Assembly: GCF_009914755.1 (NCBI RefSeq) | Contig: NC_060933.1 | DNA length: 64,000 bases | From: the human T2T-CHM13v2.0 reference genome, Homo sapiens | Direction: 5' to 3' (one strand) | Part shown: piece by piece, positions 43,201 to 57,650 of the stretch | Layout of the letters: the number at the start of each line of letters is the position of its first letter | How positions within the stretch are numbered: position 1 is the stretch's first letter | Translations under genes and position numbers: made by a program | The notes under the pieces: generated by a model | Seen by the model: the letters and a program-made list of their open reading frames with translations, nothing else | What the model was told of the DNA's origin: nothing | Database searches by the model: none

Positions 43201-46200
43201 ATTCCATTCGATTGCACTCGGGTTGATTCCATTCCATTGCATTCCATTCCATTCCATTCCATTCCACTCCATTCCAGTCCTTTCCATTCCATTCCACTCG
43301 GGTTGATTCCAATGTATTCCTTTCCATTCCATTCCATTCCATTGCAATCGAGTTGATTCCATTGTTTTGCATTCCATTCCATTCCATTCCATTCCGGATG
43401 ATTCCATTCCATTGCGTTCCATTCCATTCTAATCCCCTGCACTCGGGTTGATTCCATTCCATTCCACTCCATTCCGTTCCATTCCATTCCATTCCATTGT
43501 ATTCGGGTTAATTCCATTCCATTCCATTCCATTCCATTCCATTCCATTACAATCGAGTTGACTCCATTCCATTCCATTCCATTCCAGTCCTTTCCATTCC
43601 ATTCCACTCGGGTTGATTCCATTCTATTAGTTTCCATTCCATTCCATTCCCTTCCATTCCACTCTGGTTGATTCCAATCCTTTCCATTCCACTCGAATAC
43701 ATTCCCTCCTGTTCCACTCGGAACGATTCCATTCCATTCCATTCCAATCCATTCCATTCCATTCCATTCCATTTCGTTCCATTCCATTCTATTCCGTATC
43801 ACTCCATTCCATTCCATTTAATTCCATTCTATTCCATTGTACTCGGGTTGATTCCATTCCATTGCATTCCATTCCATTCCATTCCATTCCATTCCATTCC
43901 ATTCCATTGCATTCCATTCCATTACATTCGGATTGATTCTATTCAACTCCCTTACTCTCCATTACATTCCATTCCATTCGGGTTGTTCCATTCCATTCCA
44001 TTCCATTCCACTCCATTCCATTGCACTCGGGTTGATTCCATTCCATTCCATTCCATTCCATTCCATTCCTTTCCATTCCGGATGATTCCATTCCATTGCA
44101 TTCCGTTCCATTACATTCCCCTGCACTCGGTTGATTCCATTCCATTCCATTCCATTCCATTCGATTCCATTCCATACCAATTCTTTCCATTCCATTCTAT
44201 TCCGTACCATTCCATTCCATTCCATACAATTCCATTCCATTCCATTCCACTCTGTTCCGTTCCGTTCCGTTCCGTTCCATTCCATTCCATTCCATTGTAT
44301 TCGGTTTAATTCCATTCCATTCCATTCCATTCCATTCCATTCTATTCCATTCCATTGCAATCGAGTTGAATCCATTGCATTCCATTCCATTCCATTCCAT
44401 TCCATTCCATTCCATTCCATTCCATTCCGGAAGATTCCATACCATTCCATTCCATTCCATTCCATTCCATTCCATTCCATTCCATTGTACTCGGGTTGAT
44501 TCCATTCCATTGCATTCCATTCCATTCCATTCCATTCCATTCCATTCCGTTCCATTCCATTCCATTCCATTCCGGAAGATTCCATTCCATTTCATTCCAT
44601 TCCATTCGATTCCATTCGATTGCACTCGGGTTGATTCCATTCCATTGCATTCCATTCTATTCCATTCCATTCCATTCCATTCCATTCCATTCCATTCCAT
44701 TCCACTTCATTACATTCAGATTGATTCTATTCAATTCCCTTACACTCCATTATATTCCAATCCATTCTGGTTGTCTCCATTCCATTCCATTCCATTTCAC
44801 TCCATTCCATTGCACTCGGGTTGATTCCATTCCATTCCATTCCATTGCATTCCATTCCATTCCATTCCGGATGATTCCATTCCATTGCATTCCATTCCAT
44901 TCCATTCCTCTGCACTCGGGTTGATTCCATTCCATTTCATTCCATTACATTCCGTTCCATTCCATTCCATTCCTTTCGGATTGATTCTATTCAATTCCCT
45001 TACACTCCATTACATTCCATTCCATTTGGGTAGTTTCCATTCCATTCCATTCCATTCCTCTCCATTCCATTGCACTCGGGTTGATTCCATTCCATTCCAT
45101 TCCATTCCATTACGTTACATTACATTACATTACATTCCGTTCCATTGTACTCGGGTTGATTCCATTCCATTGCATTCCATTCCATTCCATTCCATTCCAT
45201 TCCATTCCATTCCATTACATTCGGATTGATTCTATTCAACTCCCTTACTCTCCATTGCATTCCATTACATTCGGGTTGTTCCATTCCATTCCATTCCATT
45301 CCCCTCCATTCCATTGCACTCGGGTTGATTCCATTCCATTCCATTCCATTCCATTCCATTCCATTCCATTCCATTCCGGATGATTCCATTCCATTGCATT
45401 CCGTTCCATTATATTCCCCTGCACTCGGGTTGATTCCATTCCATTCCATTCCATTCCATTCGATTCTATTCCATTCCCCTGCTCTTGCGTTGATTCCATT
45501 CCATTCCATTCCATTCCATTCCATTCCATTCCATTCCTTTCCATTCCTTTCCATTCCAGTCCTTTCCATTCCATTCCACTCGGGTTGATTCCATTCTATT
45601 AGTTTCCATTCCATTCCATTCCCTTCCATTCCACTCTGGTTGATTCCATTCCTTTCCATTCCACTCGAATACATTCCCTCCTATTCCACTCGGAACCATT
45701 CCATTCCATTCCATTCCATTCCATTCCATTCCATTCCATTCCATTCCATTTTGTTCCATTCCATTCTATTCCATATCATTCCATTCCATTCCATTCCATT
45801 CCATTCCATTTCATTCCACTCGTGTTGATTCCATTCCTTTCCATTCCATTCGGTTTGAAGGCATTCCATTCCATTCCATGCCATTCCATTCCATTCCATT
45901 CCATTGTACTCGGGTTGATTCCATTCCATTGCATTCCATTCCATTACATTCCATTCCATTCCGTTGCATTCCATTCCATTACATTCGGATTGATTCTATT
46001 CAACTCCCTTACTCTCCATTACATTCCATTCCATTCGGGTTGTTCCATTCGATTCCATTCCATTCCATTCCACTCCATTCAATTACACTCGGGTTGATTC
46101 CATTCCATTCCATTCCATTCAATTCCATTCCATTACAATTCGTTGCATTCCTTTCTATTCCGTACCATTCCATTCCATTCCATACCATTCCATTGCATTC

Positions 46201-46265
46201 CATTCCATTCCATTCCGTTCCATTCCGTTCCATTCCATTCCATTCCATTCTATTCGGGTTAATTC
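40240..46265 (+). repeat. Near-identical ~1.7-kb blocks 4.32 kb apart (40240-41945 and 44555-46265)
   Basis: ACTTCATTAC 40381/44704, GTTACATTAC 40791/45114, CTGCTCTTGC 41151/45479. The ORF-track translations at 40404/44727, 40427/44750, 40474/44797 and 41504/45822 are identical. Confidence 0.92.
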
Positions 46266-46284
46266 CATTCCGTTCCATTCCATT

Positions 46285-49200
46285 ACATTCGGATTGATTC
46301 TATTCAACTCCCTTACTCTCCATTACATTCCATTCCATTCGGGTTGTTCCATTCCATTCCATTCCATTCGGATTGATTCTATTCAACTCCCTTACTCTCC
46401 ATTACATTCCATTCCATTCGGGTTGTTCCATTCCATGCCATTCCATTCGACTCCATTCCATTGCACTCGGGTTGATTCCATTCCATTCCATTCCATTCCA
46501 TTCCATTCCATTCCATTCCGGATGATTCCATTCCATTGCATTCCGTTCCATTACATTCCCCTGGACTCTGGTTGATTCCATTCCATTCCATTCCATTCCA
46601 TTCGATTCCATTCCATTCCAATTCTTTCCATTCCATTCTATTCCGTACCATTCCATTCCATTCCATACAATTCCATTCCATTCCATTCCACTCCGTTCCG
46701 TTCTGTTCCATTCCGTTCCGTTCCATTCCATTCCATTCCATTCTATTCGGTTTAATTCCATTCCATTCCATTCCATTCCATTCTATTCCATTCCATTGCA
46801 ATCGAGTTGAATCCATTGCATTCCATTCCATTCCATTCCATTCCATTCCATTCCATTCCATTCCGGAAGATTCCATTCCATTGCATTCCATTCCATTCCA
46901 TTCCATTCCATTCCATTCCATTCCATTCCATTCCATTGTACTCGGGTTGATTCCATTCCATTGCATTCCATTCCATCCCATTCCATTCCATTCCATTCCA
47001 TTCCATTCCATTCCATTCCATTCCATTCCGTTCCATTCCATTCATTACATTCGGATTGATTCTTTTCAACTCCCTTACTCTCCATTACATTCCATTCCAT
47101 TCGGGTTGTTCCATTCCATTCCATTCCATTCCACTCCATTCCATTGCACTCGGGTTGATTCCATTCCATTCCATTCCATTCCATTCCGGATGATTCCATT
47201 CCATTGCATTCCGTTCCATTACATTCCCCTGCACTCGGGTTAATTCCAATCCATTCCATTACATTCCATTCGATTGTATTCCATTCCCCTGCACTCGCGT
47301 TGATTCCATTCCATTCCATTCCATTCCATTCCATTCCATTCCATTCCTTTCCATTCCAGTCCTTTCCATTCCATTCCACTCGGGTTGATTCCATTCTATT
47401 AGTTTCCATTCTGTTCCATTCCCTTCCACTCCACTCTGGTTGATTCCATTCCTTTCCATTCCACTCGAATACATTCCCTCCTATTCCACTCGGAACGATT
47501 CCATTCCATTCCATTCCATTCCATTCCATTCCATTCCATTCAATTTTCTTCCATTCCATTCTATTCCGTATCATTCCATTGCATTCCATTCCATTCCATT
47601 CCATTCCATTCCATTCCCTTCCATTCCATTCCTTTCCATTCGTGTTGATTCCATTCCTTTCCATTCCATTCGGTTTGAAGGTATTCCATTCCATTCCATT
47701 CCATTCCATTCCATTCCATTCCATTCCATTCCATTCCATTGTACTCGGGTTGATTCCATTCCATTGTATTCCATTCCATTCCATTCCATTCCATTCCGTT
47801 TCATTCCATTCCATTACATTCGGATTGATTCTATTCAACTCCCTTACTCTCCATTACATTCCATTCCATTCGGGTTGTTCCATTCCATTCCATTCCACTC
47901 CACTCCATTCCATTGCACTCGGGTTGATTCCATTCCATTCCATTCCATTCCATTCCATTCCGGATGATTCCATTCCATTGCATTCCGTTCCATTACATTC
48001 CCCTGCACTCGCGTTGATTCCATTCCATTCCATTCCATTCCATTCCATTCCATTGAATTCCATTCCATTACAATTCGTTCCATTCCATTCTATTCCATAC
48101 CATTCCATTCCATTCCATACCGTTCCATTGCATTCCATTCCATTCCATTCCGTTCCATTCCTTTCCATTCCATTGCATTCCATTCTATTCGCGTTAATTC
48201 CATTCCATTCCATTCCATTCCATTCCATTCCATTCCATTCCATTCTATTCCATTCCATTGCAATCGAGTTGAATCCATTGCATTTCATTCCATTCCATTC
48301 CATTCCATTCCATTCCGGAAGATTCCATTCCATTGCATTCCATTCCATTCCATTCCCCTGCACTCGCGTTGATTCCATTCCATTCCATTCCATTCCATTC
48401 CATTCCATTCCATTCCATTCCGTTCCGTTCTGTTCCATTCCATTCCATTCCATTCCATTCCGTTCCGTTCCATTCCATTCCATTCCATTCTATTTGGGTT
48501 AATTCCATTCCATTCCATTCGATTGCAATCGAGTTGATTCCATTCCATTCCATTCCATTCCATTCCATTCCATTCCATTCCATTTTGTTCCATTCCATTC
48601 TATTCCGTATCATTCCCTTCCATTCCATTCCATTCCATTCCATTCCATTCCATTCCACTCGTGTTGATTCCATTCCTTTCCATTCCATTCGGTTTGAAGG
48701 TATTCCATTCCATTCCATTCCATTCCATTCCATTCCATTCCATTCCATTGTACTCGGGTTGCTTCCATTCCATTGCATTCCATTCCATTCCATTCCATTC
48801 CATTCCGTTGCATTCCATTCCATTACATTCGGATTGATTCTATTCAACTCCCTTACTCTCCATTACATTCCATTCCATTCGGGTTGTTCCATTCCATTCC
48901 ATTCCATTGCACTCCATTCCATTGCACTCTGGTTGATTCCATTCTATTCCATTCCATTCCATTCCATTCCGGATGATTCCATTCCATTGCATTCCGTTCC
49001 ATTACATTCCCCTGCACTCGCGTTTATTCCATTCCATTCCATTCCATTCCATTCAATTCCATTCCATTACAATTCGTTCTATTCCATTCTATTCCGTACC
49101 ATTCCATTGCATTCCATACCATTCCATTGCATTCCATTCCATTCCATTCCGTTCCATTCCGTTCCATTCCATTCCATTCCATTCTATTCGGGTTAATTCC

Positions 49201-52200
49201 ATTCCATTCCATTCCATTCCATTCCATTCCATTCTATTCCATTCCATTGCAATCGAGTTGAATCCATTGCATTTCATTCCATTCCATTCCATTCCATTCC
49301 ATTCCGGAAGATTCCATTCCATTGCATTCCATTCCATTCCATTTCCCTGCACTCGCGTTGATTCCATTCCATTCCATTCCATTCCATTCCATTCCATTCC
49401 GTTCCGTTCTGTTCCATTCCATTCCATTCCATTCCATTCCGTTCCGTTCCATTCCATTCCATTCCATTCTATTCGGGTTAATTCCATTCCATTCCCTTTG
49501 ATTGCAATCGAGTTGATTCCATTCCATTCCATTCCATTCCATTCCATTCCATTCCTTTCCATTCCATTACGGATGATTCCATTCCATTGCATTCCATTCC
49601 ATTCCATTCCCCTGTACTCGGATTGATTCCATTCCATTCTATTCTAATCCATGCCATTACACTCATGTTGATTCCATTCTTTCCATTCCATTCAAGTTGA
49701 ATCCATTCCATTGCATTCCATTCCATTCGATTCCATTCGATTGCACTCGGGTTGATTCCATTCCATTGCATTCCATTCCTTTCCATTCCATTCCATTCCA
49801 TTCCATTCCCTTCCATTCCATTCCATTACATTCGGATTGATTCTATTCAACTCCCTTACTCTCCATTACATTCCATTCCATTCGGGTTGTTCCATTCCAT
49901 TCCATTCCATTCCACTCCATTCCATTGCACTCGGGTGTATTCCATTCCATTCCATTCCATTCCATTCCATTCCATTCCATTCCGGAAGATTCCATTCCAT
50001 TGCATTCCATTCCATTCCATTCCTTTCCGTTCCATTCCATTCCATTCCATTTCATTACATTCAGATTGATTCTATTCAATTCCCTTACACTCCATTATAT
50101 TCCAATCCATTCTGGTTGTTTCCATTCCATTCCATTCCATTCCTCTGCATTCCATTGCACTCGGGTTGATTCCATTCCATTCCATTCCATTCCATTCCAT
50201 TCCATTCCATTCCATTCCATTCCATTCCATTCCGTTCCATTGTACTCGGGTTGATTCCATTCCATTGCATTCCATTCCATTCCATTCCATTCCATTCCAT
50301 TCCATTCCGTTCCATTCCATTACATTCAGATTGATTCTATTCAACTCCCTTACTCTCCATTACATTCCATTCCATTCGGGTTGTTCCATTCCATTCCATT
50401 CCATTCCACTCCATTCCATTGCACTCGGGTTGATTCCATTCCATTCCATTCCATTCCATTCCATTCCATTCCCTTCCATTACGGATGATTCCATTCCATT
50501 GCATTCCGTTCCATTACATTCCCCTGCACTCGGGTTGATTCCATTCCATTCCATTCCATTCCATTCGATTCCATTCCATTCCAATTCTTTCCATTCCATT
50601 CTATTCCGTACCATTCCATTGCATTCCATACAATTCCATTCCATTCCATTACACTCCGTTCCGTTCCGTTCCTTTCCGTTCCATTCCATTCCATTCCATT
50701 CTATTCGGTTTAATTCCATTCCATTCCATTCCATTCCATTCTATTCCATTCCATTGCAATCGAGTTGAATCCATTGCATTCCATTCCATTCCATTCCATT
50801 CCATTCCATTCCATTCCGGAAGATTCCATTCCATTGCATTCCATTCCATTCCATTCCGTTCAATTCCATTCCATTCCATTCCATTGTACTCGGGTTGATT
50901 CCATTCCATTGCATTCCATTCCATTCCATTCCATTCCATTCCATTCCGTTCCATTCCATTCCATTACATTCGGATTGATTCTTTTCAACTCCCTTACTCT
51001 CCATTCCATTCCATTCCATTCGGGTTGTTCCATTCCATTCCATTCCATTCCTCTCCATTCCATTGCACTTGGGTTGATTCCATTCCATTCCATTCCATTC
51101 CATTCCGGATGATTCCGTTCCATTGCATTCCGTTCCATTACTTTCCCCTGCACTCGGGTTGATTCCATTCCATTCCATTCCATTCCATTCGATTCCATTC
51201 CATTCCCCTGCACTCGCGTTGATTCCATTCCATTCCATTCCATTCCTTTCCATTCCAGTCCTTTCCATTCCATTCCACTCGGGTTGATTCCATTCTATTA
51301 GTTTCCATTCCATTCCATTCCCTTCCATTCCACTCTGGTTGATTCCATTCCTTTCCATTCCACTCGAATACATTCCCTCCTATTCCACTCGGAACGATTC
51401 CATTCCATTCCATTCCATTCCATTCCATTCCATTCCATTCCATTCCATTCCATTCCATTCCATTTCGTTCCATTCCATTCTATTCCGTATCATTCCATTC
51501 CATTCCATTCCATTCCATTCCATTCCATTCCATTCCACTCCATTGTACTCGGGTTGATTCCATTCCATTGCATTCCATTCCATTCCATTCCATTCCATTC
51601 CGTTGCATTCCATTCCATTACATTCGGATTGATTCTATTCAACTCCCTTACTCTCCATTACATTCCATTCCATTCGGGTTGTTCCATTCCATTCCATTCC
51701 ATTCCACTCCATTCCATTGCACTCGGTTTGATTCCATTCCATTCCATTCCATTCCATTCCATTCCATTCCGGATGATTCCATTCCATTGCATTCCGTTCC
51801 ATTACATTCCCCTGTACTCGCGTTGATTCCATTCCATTGCATTCCATTCCATTCAATTCCATTCCATTACAATTCGTTCCATTCAATTCTATTCCGTACC
51901 ATTCCATTCCATTCCATACCATTCCATTCCATTCCATTCCATTCCATTCTATTCCGTTCCATTCCCTTCCATTCCATTCCATTCCATTCTATTCGGGTTA
52001 ATTCCATTCCATTCCATTCCATTCCATTCCATTCCATTCCATTTTATTCCATTCCATTGCAATCGAGTTGAATCCATTCCATTTCATTCCATTCCATTCC
52101 ATTCCATTCCATTCCGGAAGATTCCATTCCATTGGATTCCATTCCATTTCATTCCATTCCATTGCATTCCGCTGCACTCGCGTTGATTCCATTCCATTCC

Positions 52201-55200
52201 ATTCCATTCCATTCCGTTCCGTTCCATTCCATTCCATTCCATTCCATTCCATTCCGTTCCATTCCATTCCATTCCATACCATTCTATTCGGGTTAATTCC
52301 ATTCCATTCCATTCGATTGCAATCGAGTTGATTCCATTCCATTCCATTCCATTCCATTCCATTCCTTTCCATTCCATTACGGATGAATCCATTCCATTGC
52401 ATTCCATTCCATTCCATTCCCCTGTACTCGGGTTGATTCCATTCCATTCCATTCCAATCCATGCCATTCCACTCGTGTTGATTTCATTCTTTCCATTCCA
52501 TTCAAGTTGAATCCATTCCATTGCATTCCATTCCATTCGATTCCATTCGATTGCACTCGGGTTGATTCCATTCCATTGCATTCCATTCCATTCCATTCCA
52601 TTCCATTCCATTCCTTTCCATTCCATTCCATTACATTCGGATTGATTCTATTCAATTCCCTTACACTCAATTACATTCCATTCCATTCGGGTAGTTTGCA
52701 TTCCATTCCATTCCATTCCTCTCCATTCCATTGCACTCGGGTTGATTCCATTCCATTGCATTTCATTCCATTCCATTCAATTCCATTCCGTTCCATTCCA
52801 TTCCATTACATTCGGATTGATTCTATTCAACTCCCTTAATCTCCATTACTTTCCATTCCATTTGGGTTGTTCCATTCCATTCCATTCCATTCCACTCCAT
52901 TCCATTGCACTCGCGTTGATTCCATTCCATTCCATTCCATTCCATTCCATTCCATTCCATTCCATTCCGGAAGATTCCATTCCTTTGCATTCCATTCCAT
53001 TCCATTCCCCTGCCCTCGCGTTGATTCCATTCCATTCCATTCTATTCCATTCCATTCCCTTCCTTTCCGTTCCATTCCATTCCATTCCATTCCATTCCAT
53101 TCCATTCCATTCCGTTCCGTTCCGTTCCATTCCATTCCATTCCCTTCTATTCGGGTTAATTCCATTCCATTCCATTCGACTGCAATCGAGTTGATTCCAT
53201 TCCATTCCATTCCATTCCATTCCATTCCATTCCATTCCATTCAATTCCGGATGATTCCATTCCATTGCATTCCATTCCATTCCATTCCCCTGCACTCGGG
53301 TTGATTCCATTCCATTCCATTCCATTACATTCCGTTCCATTCCATTCCATTCCATTCGGATTGATTCTATTCAATTCCCTTACACTCCATTACATTCCAT
53401 TCCATTCGGGTAGTTTCCATTCCATTCCATTCCATTCCTCTCCATTCCATTGCACTCGGGTTGATTCCATTCCATTCAATTCCATTCCATTCCATTACAT
53501 TACATTACATTACATTCCGTTCCATTGTACTCGGGTTGATTCCATTCCATTGCATTCCATTCCATTCCATTCCATTCCATTCCATTCCATTCCATTCCAT
53601 TCCGTTCCATTCCATTACATTCGGATTCATTCTATTCAACTCCCTTACTGTCCATTACATTCCATTCCATTCGGGTTGTTCCATTCCATTCCGTTCCATT
53701 CCACTCCATTCCATTGCACTCGGGTTGATTCCATTCCATTCCATTCCACTCCATTCCATTCCATTCCGGATGATTCCATTCCATTGCATTCCGTTCCATT
53801 ACATTCCCCTGCACTCGGGTTGATTCCATTCCATTCCATTCCATTCCATTCGATTCCATTCCATTCCAATTCTTTCCATTCCATTCTATTACGTACCATT
53901 CCATTCCATACAATTCCATTCCATTCCATTCCACTCCGTTCCGTTCCGTTCCGTTCCGTTCCATTCCATTCCATTCCATTCTATTCGGTTTAATTCCATT
54001 CCATTCCATTCCATTCCATTCTATTCCATTCCATTGCAATCGAGTTGAATCCATTGCATTCCATTCCATTCAATTCCATTCCATTCCATTCCATTCCGGA
54101 AGATTCCATTCCATTGCATTCCATTCCATTCCATTGCATTCCATTCCATTCCATTCCATTCCCTTCCATTCCATTCCATTACATTCGGATTTATTCTATT
54201 CAACTCCCTTACTCTCCATTACATTCCATTCCATTCGGGTTGTTCCATTCCATTCCATTCCATTCCACTCCATTCCATTGCACTCGGGTTTATTCCATTC
54301 CATTCCATTCCATTGCATTCCATTCCATTCCATTCCGGAAGATTCCATTCCATTGCATTCCATTCCATTCCATTCCTTTCCGTTCCATTCCATTCCATTC
54401 CATTCCATTCCAATCCATTCCATTCTGTTCCGTTCCATTCCATTCCATTCCATTCCATTCTATTCGGGTTAATTCCATTCCATTCCATTCGATTGCAATC
54501 GAGTTGATTCCTTTCCATTCCATTCCATTCCATTCCATTCCATTCCATTCCTTTCCATTCCATTACGGATGATTCCATTCCATTGCATTCCGTTCCATTA
54601 CATTCCCCTGCACTCGCGTTGATTCCATTCCATTCCATTCCATTCCATTCCATTCCATTCCATTCCGTTCAATTCCATTCCATTACAATTCATTCCATTC
54701 CATTCTATTCCATACCATTCCATTCCATTCCATACCATTCCATTCCATTCCATTCCATTCCATTCCGTTCCACTCCTTTCCATTCCATTCCATTCCATTC
54801 TATTCGGGTTAATTCCATTCCATTCCATTCCATTCCATTCCATTCTATTCCATTCCATTGCAATCGAGTTGAATCCATTGCATTTCATTCCATTCCATTC
54901 CATAACATTCCATTCCGGAAGATTCCATTCCATTGCATTCCATTCCATTCCATTCCCCTGCACTCGCGTTGATTCCATTCCATTGGATTCCATTCCATTC
55001 CATTCCGTTCCGTTCCGTTCCGATCCATTCCATTGCATTCCATTCCATTCCATTCCGGATGATTCCATTCCATTGCATTCCATTCCATTCCATTCCCCTG
55101 CACTCGGGTTGATTCCATTCCATTCCATTCCATTCCATTCCATTCCATTCCATTCGGATTGATTCTATTCAATTCCCTTACACTCCATTACATTACATTC

Positions 55201-57650
55201 CATTCGGGTAGTTTCCATTCCATTCCATTCCATTCCTCTCCATTCCATTGCACTCGGGTTGATTCCATTCCATTCCATTCCATTCCATTCCATTCCATTG
55301 CATTACATTACATTCCGTTCCATTGTACTCGGGTTGATTCCATTCCATTGCATTCCATTCCATTCCGTTCCATTCCATTCCATTCCGTTCCATTCCATTA
55401 CATTCGGATTGATTCTATTCAACTCCCTTACTCTCCATTACATTCCATTCCATTCGGGTTGTTCCATTCCATTCCATTCCATTCGCATTGATTCTATTCA
55501 ACTCCCTTACTCTCCATTACATTCCATTCCATTCGGGTTGTTCCATTCCATTCCATTCCATTCGACTCCATTCCATTGCACTCGGGTTGATTCCATTCCA
55601 TTCCATTCCATTCCATTCCATTCCATTCCATTCCGGATGATTCCATTCCATTGCATTCCGTTCCATTACATTCCCCTGGACTCTGGTTGATTCCATTCCA
55701 TTCCTTTCCATTCCATTCGATTCCATTCCATTCCAATTCTTTCCATTCCATTCTATTCCGTACCATTCCATTCCATTCCATACAATTCCATTCCATTCCA
55801 TTCCACTCCGTTCCGTTCTGTTCCATTGCGTTCCGTTCCATTCCATTCCATCCCATTCTATTCGGTTTAATTCCATTCCATTCCATTCCATTCCATTCTA
55901 TTCCATTCCATTGCAATCGAGTTGAATCCATTGCATTCCATTCCATTCCATTCCATTCCATTCCATTCAATTCCATTCCGGAAGATTCCATTCCATTGCA
56001 TTCCATTCCATTCCATTCCATTCCATTCCATTGTACTCGGGTTGATTCCATTCCATTGCATTCCATTCCATCCCATTCCATTCCATTCCATTCCATTCCA
56101 TTCCATTCCATTCCGTTCCATTCCATTCATTACATTCGGATTGATTCTTTTCAACTCCCTTACTCTCCATTACATTCCATTCCATTCGGGTTGTTCCATT
56201 CCATTCCATTCCATTCCACTCCATTCCATTGCACTCGGGTTGATTCCATTCCATTCCATTCCATTCCATTCCGGATGATTCCATTCCATTGCATTCCGTT
56301 CCATTACATTCCCCTGCACTCGGGTTGATTCCAATCCATTCCATTCCATTCCATTCGATTGTATTCCATTCCCCTGCACTCGCGTTGATTCCATTCCATT
56401 CCATTCCATTCCATTCCATTCCATTCCATTCCTTTCCATTCCAGTCCTTTCCATTCCATTCCACTCGGGTTGATTCCATTCTATTAGTTTCCATTCTGTT
56501 CCATTCCCTTCCATTCCACTCTGGTTGATTCCATTCCTTTCCATTCCACTCGAATACATTCCCTCCTATTCCACTCGGAACGATTCCATTCCATTCCATT
56601 CCATTCCATTCCATTCCATTCCATTCCATTCCATTCCATTCAATTTTGTTCCATTCCATTCTATTCCGTATCATTCCATTGCATTCCATTCCATTCCATT
56701 CCATTCCATTCCATTCCCTTCCATTCCATTCCTTTCCACTCGTGTTGATTCCATTCCTTTCCATTCCATTCGGTTTGAAGGTATTCCATTCCATTCCATT
56801 CCATTCCATTCCATTCCATTCCATTCCATTCCATTCCATTGTACTCGGGTTGATTCCATTCCATTGTATTCCATTCCATTCCATTCCATTCCATTCCGTT
56901 TCATTCCATTCCATTACATTCGGATTGATTCTATTCAACTCCCTTACTCTCCATTACATTCCATTCCATTCGGGTTGTTCCATTCCATTCCATTCCACTC
57001 CACTCCATTCCATTGCACTCGGGTTGATTCCATTCCATTCCATTCCATTCCATTCCATTCCGGATGATTCCATTCCATTGCATTCCGTTCCATTACATTC
57101 CCCTGCACTCGAGTTGATTCCATTCCATTCCATTCCATTCCATTCCATTCCATTGAATTCCATTCCATTACAATTCGTTCCATTCCATTCTATTCCATAC
57201 CATTCCATTCCATTCCATACCGTTCCATTGCATTCCATTCCATTCCATTCCGTTCCATTCCTTTCCATTCCATTGCATTCCATTCTATTCGCGTTAATTC
57301 CATTCCATTCCATTCCATTCCATTCCATTCCATTCCATTCCATTCCATTCTATTCCATTCCATTGCAATCGAGTTGAATCCATTGCATTTCATTCCATTC
57401 CATTCCATTCCATTCCATTCCATTCCGGAAGATTCCATTCCATTGCATTCCATTCCATTCCATTCCCCTGCACTCGCGTTGATTCCATTCCATTCCATTC
57501 CATTCCATTCCATTCCGTTCCGTTCTGTTCCATTCCATTCCATTCCATTCCATTCCGTTCCGTTCCATTCCATTCCATTCCATTCTATTTGGGTTAATTC
57601 CATTCCATTCCATTCGATTGCAATCGAGTTGATTCCATTCCATTCCATTC
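46285..57650 (+). repeat. Near-identical ~2.3-kb blocks about 9.1 kb apart (46285-48560 and 55400-57650)
   Basis: Both start with a 79-bp tandem B-module duplication and share CTGGACTCTGG 46561/55676 and a private 1-bp deletion TTCATTACAT 47041/56126. Translations at 47561/56661 and 47844/56944 are identical. Confidence 0.92.

Larger units (their letters stand above)
1630..56590 (+). repeat. Dispersed module D: CTATTAGTTTCC...ACTCTGGTTG...ACTCGAATACATTCCCTCCTATTCCACTCGGAACGATTCC, often followed by CGGTTTGAAGG(C/T)ATTCC
   Basis: About 20 copies, e.g. near 1632, 6188, 8071, 12055, 16031, 17466, 20264, 21463, 23964, 25243, 35383, 41273, 43624, 45596, 47396, 51295, 56481. Confidence 0.88.

Noticed and set aside
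623-57160. EcoRI sites as a marker of a regular unit (e.g. DYZ1-like 3.4-3.6 kb)
   Set aside because: Sites near 623, 2984, 5453, 11360, 12325, 15296, 33690, 48055 and 57155 are irregularly spaced.
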